NCBI GenBank assembly: GCA_902634185.1
Contig: CACPJC010000001.1
Location: forward strand, 160,001 to 224,000
Direction of reading: 5' to 3'
Length of the DNA stretch: 64,000 nt
Source: an uncultured Candidatus Actinomarina sp.
GTDB taxonomy: Bacteria; Actinomycetota; Acidimicrobiia; Actinomarinales; Actinomarinaceae
The stretch's first letter is position 1; every line of letters begins with the position of its first letter. The translations under genes were made by a program, and so were the position numbers. Shown here in pieces: positions 57,305 to 64,000 of the stretch. The notes under the pieces were generated by a model. That model had not been told where the DNA came from, did not search any database, and worked only from the letters and a program-made list of their open reading frames with translations.

Positions 57305-58345
57305 TTAGTTACCATTTATGTAACTAAATCCAATGTTTTTTAGAAGCGTATCAAAATATTCCCTAAGTTGTTGTGCTCTGTTCCTACCAATCCCGTCAAC
57401 TTCAAATAGCTTATCAGTAGATGCTAATAATAAATTAGGTAATGATTTAAATTTTGACACTAAAGAGTCATGTAAATTATCTGGAAGGCCAGGAAATCTT
57501 GCAAGAACCCTATATCCTTTAGGAGTCGATACTTGGTCTAAGGGTTGCATATACAATAAATTCCCTAAAGTTTGTATTGAGTTTAGTTCTTCATAAGTTA
57601 AGTTAGAAATTTCATCAGCAGCTTTACTAATATTTCGAAATTTTCTAGTAGGTAAATGATCTTTTAATACCAGGTCTAATGTTTGTCTAACACCTGACTC
57701 TAATGAATCTATCTGAATCATAACTAAGCCTGAATCCTCACCTAAGTTTTCAGCTTCATTTCTTACTTGTTCAGATAATCTACCTAATAATTCTCCCCTT
57801 TGAACAACTTCCAAAACCTGTTGGTTTGTAATAGAATTTTCAATTTCTAATTCACCCAGCTCAAATACAGCATCATCAAACCTTCTTCTTGTTCTATCAA
57901 TAGATTGAAGAGACTCATTAACTCTTCCAAGAATCATTGATGACTCTTCTAATTCATTGACTTCGTCTTTTGAAAATACTTTAACTATTCCTGATTCGTC
58001 AGAAACAGCAATTACATCTAGCTCTGTTTCAACTGATACTCTATGTGCTGTTCTGTGCCTGGTCCCAGTTTGAAAAGTTTCTATTGTATCTGATGGATTC
58101 AAATGAACATTTGCTTTTAAAATCTGATTTACATTTTCATCAACTACAATTGCTCCATCCATTTTTGCAAGTTCGCCTAACATTTCTGGTGTAAAGTCAC
58201 AATTAGTTAGATTGATACCTCCTGAAGAGATTCTTTCTAATTTTGTTGAGTTACCAACAACAATCAATGCTCCTGTTTTTTTATCAGCAATTAAGTCAAC
58301 GCCTTCTCTTAATGGTTCTCCCGGTATCAATTGATTATTTTTCAT
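57305..58345 (-). CDS. disA: DNA integrity scanning diadenylate cyclase DisA
   Basis: LAKMDGAI, TGTRHRTA, PKGYR, C-terminal HhH VDGIG. Confidence 0.93.
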   Translation of the reverse strand: MKNNQLIPGEPLREGVDLIADKKTGALIVVGNSTKLERISSGGINLTNCDFTPEMLGELAKMDGAIVVDENVNQILKANVHLNPSDTIETFQTGTRHRTAHRVSVETELDVIAVSDESGIVKVFSKDEVNELEESSMILGRVNESLQSIDRTRRRFDDAVFELGELEIENSITNQQVLEVVQRGELLGRLSEQVRNEAENLGEDSGLVMIQIDSLESGVRQTLDLVLKDHLPTRKFRNISKAADEISNLTYEELNSIQTLGNLLYMQPLDQVSTPKGYRVLARFPGLPDNLHDSLVSKFKSLPNLLLASTDKLFEVDGIGRNRAQQLREYFDTLLKNIGFSYINGN

Positions 58346-58425
58346 ATTTGCTCGTTTTATTATTTGAGTATTTTATTTATTCGAATGTTACTGTATTATT
58401 TTATTATTAATCAACAGGAAAAATA

Positions 58426-59244
58426 TTGGAAAAAATTACTTGTAAAGGCTGTCAAGCAACTATTGATAATACTCTAGAATTTTGCTCAAGCTGTGGAGAG
58501 TGGCTTGGATTAAAATTAGATGAGGTTGTTGATGAAGTTGCTGTAGAAAATACTTCAGAAGCAAAAAAACAAAGAATTGAAAAGCTTATGGAGCTACCTG
58601 TTAAGCCATTAAGTAGTTATGGCGCAACTAGTCTTCCAAATAGAAAAGAAGTACCAGGAATAAGAGCAGTTTTCTTTTTAGCATTAATTGTTCCCTTGAT
58701 TGCAGGCGCAAGTTTTTTTTACAACAGTAGAGTAGCGGATGACGTTATTGAAGAGATAGCTGTTATAGAACAAACAACAATTACATCGACAAGTACCACC
58801 GTTCAAAGTAATTTAAAACCCCAAGTGCCTATATCCTGCAAAGCTTCAAGTAACTTTAATGAAGATTTTTCATGTGAAAATTTATATGATGAGTCAAACT
58901 CTATGTGGCAGGATAACAGCCTTGGTTGTGAAGATACCGTTCTTGAGTTCACGTTTTCTGACACTATATATTTTGAATTTATAGTGATTCAAAATGCTGA
59001 GAAAAGCTCATCATTCATTAGGAATTTTAAAGCCAGAGATATAAGAATTACAACGGATGAAAGTGATTATCAGGTTGAAAAAGAACTCGAAAATGACAAT
59101 TTTCAACAATGGATTGACCTAAACACTAATGCCAACACTATAAAAATAGAAGTTTTAAGTGCTTATTCAGGTGAGGAATTAAATGGGCAAAATCCATTTA
59201 CAGAATGTGCCATGCAGGAAATTAAATTTTTTGGAAAGAGCTAA
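58426..59244 (+). CDS. Zinc-ribbon + TM + discoidin/galactose-binding-like domain protein
   Basis: CKGC...CSSCG, a TM helix, a Thr/Ser linker, ASS...NLYD...W...EIKFFG. Confidence 0.65.
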   Translation: MEKITCKGCQATIDNTLEFCSSCGEWLGLKLDEVVDEVAVENTSEAKKQRIEKLMELPVKPLSSYGATSLPNRKEVPGIRAVFFLALIVPLIAGASFFYNSRVADDVIEEIAVIEQTTITSTSTTVQSNLKPQVPISCKASSNFNEDFSCENLYDESNSMWQDNSLGCEDTVLEFTFSDTIYFEFIVIQNAEKSSSFIRNFKARDIRITTDESDYQVEKELENDNFQQWIDLNTNANTIKIEVLSAYSGEELNGQNPFTECAMQEIKFFGKS

Positions 59245-60485
59245 CTTAACTCACCTTTTTTATAAGGTTTTCCGACACTTTTTGGCATCCTAAACTTCTG
59301 GCTAGCAAAAGATAACACTATGAGTGTTGTTAGGTGAGGAGTAAAATATACAAACTGAATTGGAATAGTTGTTGAATTATTGAACCAAACAAAAAAGGCG
59401 AGACCAACTAAACCAGATAAAACACCAGATCTAATATTTCTTTGATAAATATTTCTTGCAGTCAAAATAAACATGAATAAAAATATTACAATCAATAATC
59501 CATGTATGGATTCTTCAGATCTAAGTTGAAGTGCATCAGCAAAGCCAAATAAACCAGCTCCAAGAAATATTCCAAATGGTCTGTAGTTACCAAAAAGAAG
59601 AGAAGCTAATCCAATAAAGCCTCTACCATTTGTTTGCCCTTCTAGATAAACACTTGGCCCTTCAAGTACCAAATAAGCTCCTGCCAATCCTGCTAATGCT
59701 CCAGAAATAATTACACCTGTGTATTTCATGAGGTAAACGTTTACTCCAAGTGACTCACTTCCAGAAGGAAACTCGCCTACACTTCTCATTTGTAGTCCTA
59801 GCGGTGTTCTCCAAAGCAAGTAAATTGACCCTGGAATCATCAACAAAGATATTATTGAAAAATAAGAAATATTTGATGTAACACCATATAATAAGCCAGC
59901 AATATCAGATAACAAGATTATATTTTGTTCTTCAAGAGATCCCAAAATATTAAAAGTAGGTGATCCATTTATTTCTCCACCTGAAATAAATGGTAAAGTT
60001 ATTCTTCCAATTTCCCCCTCAACTATTGGAGATGCTGTTGAGCTTGCATACTCATAATCATCAAAAGCTAGGATATTAAAGAATCTACCTGCTCCTACTG
60101 CAAGAATATTTATTGCAACTCCAGAAACAATGTGGTCTACTTGAAATGAAACTGTTGCGACTGCATGTATCAATCCAAACAAGGCTCCCCCAGCTAACCC
60201 AAATAAAATACCGTACCAAGGCCCGTATAAAACGCCTCCCCAGGCTGTAAACCATGTTCCCATAATCATCATTCCCTCCAGGCCAATGTTTACAATTCCT
60301 GTTCTCTCTGAAAATAGCCCTCCTAAACCAGCAAGCAGTATGGGAATCGAAAGCCTGAGAGCTGCACCAAATGTTCCACTTGTTGTTAATTGTGAATATT
60401 GTTCAAGTTGCGCAATAGAAATTATTAATAATATTGGAGTTATTACAAGATACTTTTCTCTTAAAAAAATTGTAAGTTTATTCAT
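59241..60485 (-). CDS. Nucleoside/sugar ABC permease (NupC/NupQ-like)
   Basis: ERTGIVNIGLEGMM, SGVAIN, GRGFIGLA. Confidence 0.88.
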   Translation of the reverse strand: MNKLTIFLREKYLVITPILLIISIAQLEQYSQLTTSGTFGAALRLSIPILLAGLGGLFSERTGIVNIGLEGMMIMGTWFTAWGGVLYGPWYGILFGLAGGALFGLIHAVATVSFQVDHIVSGVAINILAVGAGRFFNILAFDDYEYASSTASPIVEGEIGRITLPFISGGEINGSPTFNILGSLEEQNIILLSDIAGLLYGVTSNISYFSIISLLMIPGSIYLLWRTPLGLQMRSVGEFPSGSESLGVNVYLMKYTGVIISGALAGLAGAYLVLEGPSVYLEGQTNGRGFIGLASLLFGNYRPFGIFLGAGLFGFADALQLRSEESIHGLLIVIFLFMFILTARNIYQRNIRSGVLSGLVGLAFFVWFNNSTTIPIQFVYFTPHLTTLIVLSFASQKFRMPKSVGKPYKKGELS

Positions 60486-60487
60486 AA

Positions 60488-61567
60488 TTAGTCATCAACC
60501 TGTCTAGATGCTTCTTTAATTTGTTGTGTGACAATATATCTTCTTATTACTTCATAAAAAACTACAACAATTAATAAAATAAATGCTGACATCATTGTTT
60601 CAATTTCTTTTGGAACATCTCTAAGATCAAGAATTTGTGAGGACCTTTCAAGAAATGCAAATAAAATAGCGCCAAAAGCCATGCCAACAGGATGATTTCT
60701 TCCAAGCAAAGCAACCCCAATACCAGCAAACCCGATTCCTGCTGGAAAATCGATTGAATATTGATGATGGTAACTTAATAATGGACCCATTCCAACTAAT
60801 CCAGCAAAACCTCCTGAAATAACCATTGCAAGCATGGTCAATCTCTTTGGATCAACTCCACTAAATTTTGCTGCCGTGGGATTTTGACCAGTTATTCTAA
60901 GGTTGTAACCAAGAGTAGTTTTCCAAATTAAAAAGTAATAGATTAACCCTAAAAATATCGCAATTGGTAAGAAACCGTGCAAACTAGGTAAGTCTTCAAT
61001 ATTTAGTAAATTATTCAAAGAAGGTATTTGACCGGTTTCAGGTAATGGAGTAGTTTGTGGAATTAGATTAGCAGCATCTTCATCATTAAAGACCTGTCCA
61101 AGAAGATATGCTATTATTCCTGTGCCAATATAGTTCAACATGATTGTTGAAATAACTTCATGGATTCCTCTACTTACTTTAAGATATCCGGCTATCGCTC
61201 CCCAAACAGATGATATTGCAGTTGCAATTAACATTATTAATAAAATATGTAATGGTCTTGAAACGCTGAACGACGCACCGATAGCAGCAGCGAGTAATGC
61301 ACTCAATAAATATTGACCTTCAACACCAATATTAAAAAGGCCCATTTTAAAACCTACTGCGACTGCTATTGCAGAAATATACAAAGGAATAAATCTATTA
61401 AAAACAGATACCAGAGACTTTCCAGTAGTTCCATAATCATACATTAAGACAAATGTCTCAATAGGGTCTTTTCCAATTGCAGTTAAAATCAAAGATGTTA
61501 ATAAAACTGATAACGATAGAGCCAAAATTGGAGCTGATAAACTAATTAATCTATATCTTAAATTCAT
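60488..61567 (-). CDS. Nucleoside/sugar ABC permease (NupB/NupP-like)
   Basis: GLFNIGVEGQ, EVISTIMLN, GIGVALLGRNHP. Confidence 0.88.
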   Translation of the reverse strand: MNLRYRLISLSAPILALSLSVLLTSLILTAIGKDPIETFVLMYDYGTTGKSLVSVFNRFIPLYISAIAVAVGFKMGLFNIGVEGQYLLSALLAAAIGASFSVSRPLHILLIMLIATAISSVWGAIAGYLKVSRGIHEVISTIMLNYIGTGIIAYLLGQVFNDEDAANLIPQTTPLPETGQIPSLNNLLNIEDLPSLHGFLPIAIFLGLIYYFLIWKTTLGYNLRITGQNPTAAKFSGVDPKRLTMLAMVISGGFAGLVGMGPLLSYHHQYSIDFPAGIGFAGIGVALLGRNHPVGMAFGAILFAFLERSSQILDLRDVPKEIETMMSAFILLIVVVFYEVIRRYIVTQQIKEASRQVDD

Positions 61568-63075
61568 TGTTTTAAACCTGTCATATAAGCACCTAGATCC
61601 TCTGGTGTTATATTTTGAGGATCTAAATTAGCTACAAATTTTCCCTGATAAATTACGATTATGCGATCAGATAATCCAATTAATTCTTCTAAATCAGCAG
61701 AGACTAGGAGTACTCCTAAGCCATTATCTCTAGTTTCTCTGAGTTTATCCCAAATTAGAGCTTGGGCGCCGATATCAATTCCTCTCGTTGGTTGTGATGC
61801 AATTAATACTTTTGGATTATCATCTAATTCCCTACCAACTACAAATTTTTGCTGATTACCTCCTGATAATGCTGTTGCAATAGTTGTTTCATTTGGAGTT
61901 TTAACGTTAAAATCGGAAATTACTTGTCTTGAGATCTCACCAGCATTTTTAAAATTTACAGTAGAGAGGTTTGTTTTATATATGTCTTTTGTTTGACGAC
62001 CTAGAATAATATTGTCATTTAGTTTCATTTCCATTACTAGGGCCTGAGCTTGCCTGTCCTCAGGAATGAAGCTTATACCTAAATCAAGTCTGTCTTTTAC
62101 TCCATAATCATTTAAATTTTGATTTTCCAGGTATACTTCGCCGTCCTCTATTGTATGGATTCCAATTATCGATTCGATTAATTCTTTTTGACCGTTTCCT
62201 TCTACACCAGCTATTCCCAAAATCTCAGATTTTTTAATTTCAAAAGAGATATCTTCAAAGACTCTCTTTCCCTCCTCATTTCTAGAATTTAAATTTTCTA
62301 CCTTTAAAACATTATCTTGACTACTTTCAGAAGTTCTTTCAGGAGGTTTTGGTAAACTTTTTCCTATCATCATTTCAGCAAGATCTTTCTTGTCTATACC
62401 TACGGAATCAACAGTGCCAACAATTTCTCCACCTCTCATTACAGTTATTTGATCTGCAATTTTCAATACTTCATCTAATTTATGTGAAATAAAGATTATT
62501 GTGACTCCATTTTTTTGCAATTCTTTAAGATTTTTAAATAATTCATCTACTTCTTGGGGAACTAAAACTGCTGTCGGTTCGTCAAGAATAAGTATTTTTG
62601 CTCCTCTGAATAATACCTTTAAAATTTCTACTCTTTGTTTCTCACCCACACCTAGATCGTCAACAAATCTGTCCAGCTCTACATTCAATGAATATCTGCT
62701 CATGACCTCATAAATTGACTCTCTGTATTTTTCAAGTTTTAGATTTGTAATACCTGCACCATCTATGCCCAAAATGATACTTTCAAGTACTGTAAAATTG
62801 TCAGCTAGCATAAAGTGCTGATGAACCATTCCGAGACCATAATTAATAGCATCTTTTGGGGAACTTAGAGAAATCTTTTCGTCGAAGACATATATTTCTC
62901 CAAAATCAGGTTTTACCATACCGTAAAGTATCTTCATTAATGTAGATTTTCCAGCTCCATTTTCACCAACAATGGCATGTATTGAAGCATTGTCAATGTC
63001 AAACGATACGTTAGAGTTAGCTTTAACTCCTGGATAACTTTTCGATATATCCTGAATTTTTATTGATTTACTCAT
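61564..63075 (-). CDS. Nucleoside/sugar ABC ATP-binding protein with two ATPase domains (NupA-like)
   Basis: GENGAGKST, GMVHQHF, LDEPTAVL, LSGGNQQK, QPTRGID. Confidence 0.92.
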   Translation of the reverse strand: MSKSIKIQDISKSYPGVKANSNVSFDIDNASIHAIVGENGAGKSTLMKILYGMVKPDFGEIYVFDEKISLSSPKDAINYGLGMVHQHFMLADNFTVLESIILGIDGAGITNLKLEKYRESIYEVMSRYSLNVELDRFVDDLGVGEKQRVEILKVLFRGAKILILDEPTAVLVPQEVDELFKNLKELQKNGVTIIFISHKLDEVLKIADQITVMRGGEIVGTVDSVGIDKKDLAEMMIGKSLPKPPERTSESSQDNVLKVENLNSRNEEGKRVFEDISFEIKKSEILGIAGVEGNGQKELIESIIGIHTIEDGEVYLENQNLNDYGVKDRLDLGISFIPEDRQAQALVMEMKLNDNIILGRQTKDIYKTNLSTVNFKNAGEISRQVISDFNVKTPNETTIATALSGGNQQKFVVGRELDDNPKVLIASQPTRGIDIGAQALIWDKLRETRDNGLGVLLVSADLEELIGLSDRIIVIYQGKFVANLDPQNITPEDLGAYMTGLKQ

Positions 63076-63091
63076 GAAATTGTTTTAAATG

Positions 63092-63126
63092 TTTATTCGT
63101 TCCAAGTAAAACTTGGAACGAATAAA
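63092..63126. terminator. 16-bp perfect hairpin between the BMP and ATPase genes
   Basis: TTTATTCGTTCCAAGT-AAA-ACTTGGAACGAATAAA. Confidence 0.7.
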
Positions 63127-63142
63127 ACAAATTTATTGATTA

Positions 63143-64000
63143 TTAGGGACGTTCTCTTGAAACTGTAACTGCTCCACTAATAATATCTGCTCTTGCAGCT
63201 TCAATAGAATCTTTTATATCATCGATGTAACCACCGGTATATGAAATATCTATTCCACCACTAGCAAGGTTTTCTCTAATAACGGCTGGTCCGCCATCAG
63301 AACCACTTCCAAAATCACCGTTTACAACATCTCTGATTGCGTTATAAACTGCAACATCAACCTGCTTTAACATTGATGATAGGAAGTATTCTTGTGTTTC
63401 TGGGAATGCTGAACCAATCGTTGTAATTTGATCAGTGTCAACACCGATACACCAGACTTTTTCACCACCAGCTGATGCTTCTGCGGTTGCTTGACAAACA
63501 CCAATACCAGTACCGCCAGCGGCGTGGTAAACAATGTCAGCTCCCTCTTCATACATAGCTAATGCGATTTCTTTTCCTTTGACAGGATCGTTGAAACCTG
63601 AAAAGTCAGGAGGTACAGATGCATATTTAGAGATAATTGTGATATCTGGATTGACTGATCTCACACCTTGTATGAATCCAGCTTCGAAAGCATGGATTAA
63701 TGGTATATCAACTCCACCAACAAAACCAACTACATTAGATGTTGTTTTGAGAGCGGCTGCTACACCAACAAGATATGAACCTTGTTCCTCAGCAAAAACC
63801 ATTGATCTAATGTTTTCACCTTGTACAAATGTTTCATCTGTAATAGCGAAATTTACATCAGGGTGATTTGCTGCAGCTTCAGTAATTGCTCCTGCAAAAA
63901 GGAAACCATTACCGATTACAAGATCGTTACCATCGGCAGCACAAAGATCTAATAATTCACCTCTGTTTTCGCCACCTTCATCTGGCTCTAAGAAGGTACC
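63143..64000 (-). CDS. BMP-family ABC substrate-binding protein (5' end lies beyond the window)
   Basis: Frame open to 64000; FAEEQGSYLVG, GADIVYHAAG, IGVDTDQ, SMLKQVD. Confidence 0.9.
   Translation of the reverse strand, partial: GTFLEPDEGGENRGELLDLCAADGNDLVIGNGFLFAGAITEAAANHPDVNFAITDETFVQGENIRSMVFAEEQGSYLVGVAAALKTTSNVVGFVGGVDIPLIHAFEAGFIQGVRSVNPDITIISKYASVPPDFSGFNDPVKGKEIALAMYEEGADIVYHAAGGTGIGVCQATAEASAGGEKVWCIGVDTDQITTIGSAFPETQEYFLSSMLKQVDVAVYNAIRDVVNGDFGSGSDGGPAVIRENLASGGIDISYTGGYIDDIKDSIEAARADIISGAVTVSRERP

Noticed and set aside
1-64000. CRISPR arrays, IS elements, prophage, defence systems, rRNA
   Set aside because: No spaced repeats and no transposase, integrase, phage or rRNA signatures seen; nearly all sequence is accounted for by housekeeping and transport genes

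Overview
AT-rich, very gene-dense bacterial DNA with actinobacterial gene order (tRNA-Tyr/Thr/Met-rpmG...tRNA-Trp-secE-nusG-rplK-rplA; disA-carD-ispF-cysS-rlmB; rex and a geranylgeranyl-reductase gene beside nuoA). It most resembles a streamlined marine Acidimicrobiia such as Ca. Actinomarina; that taxonomy is my inference. About 40% of the window is two complex I operons: an 11-subunit set with no nuoEFG (7835-17803), followed by a MidA/NDUFAF7 methyltransferase, and a complete 14-subunit set (29323-43585) with a perfect Rex box. Also present: a heliorhodopsin, an Fe3+ ABC transporter next to a DtxR-family regulator, Liv-type and BMP/nucleoside ABC transporters, an ECF sigma/anti-sigma pair and five tRNAs. 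No mobile element or CRISPR array was seen. Main leads: (1) only the NuoD next to MidA keeps the methylation-target Arg (HRG versus HTG); (2) a shared TGTTAACA-N2-TGTTAACA candidate operator and two divergent Cys-Pro micropeptide ORFs in the iron locus; (3) small single-TM ORFs missing from the ORF track, one coupled to nuoN; (4) a probable ATT start for nuoN; (5) widespread leaderless gene starts. All calls come from reading motifs by eye; no database searches were run.
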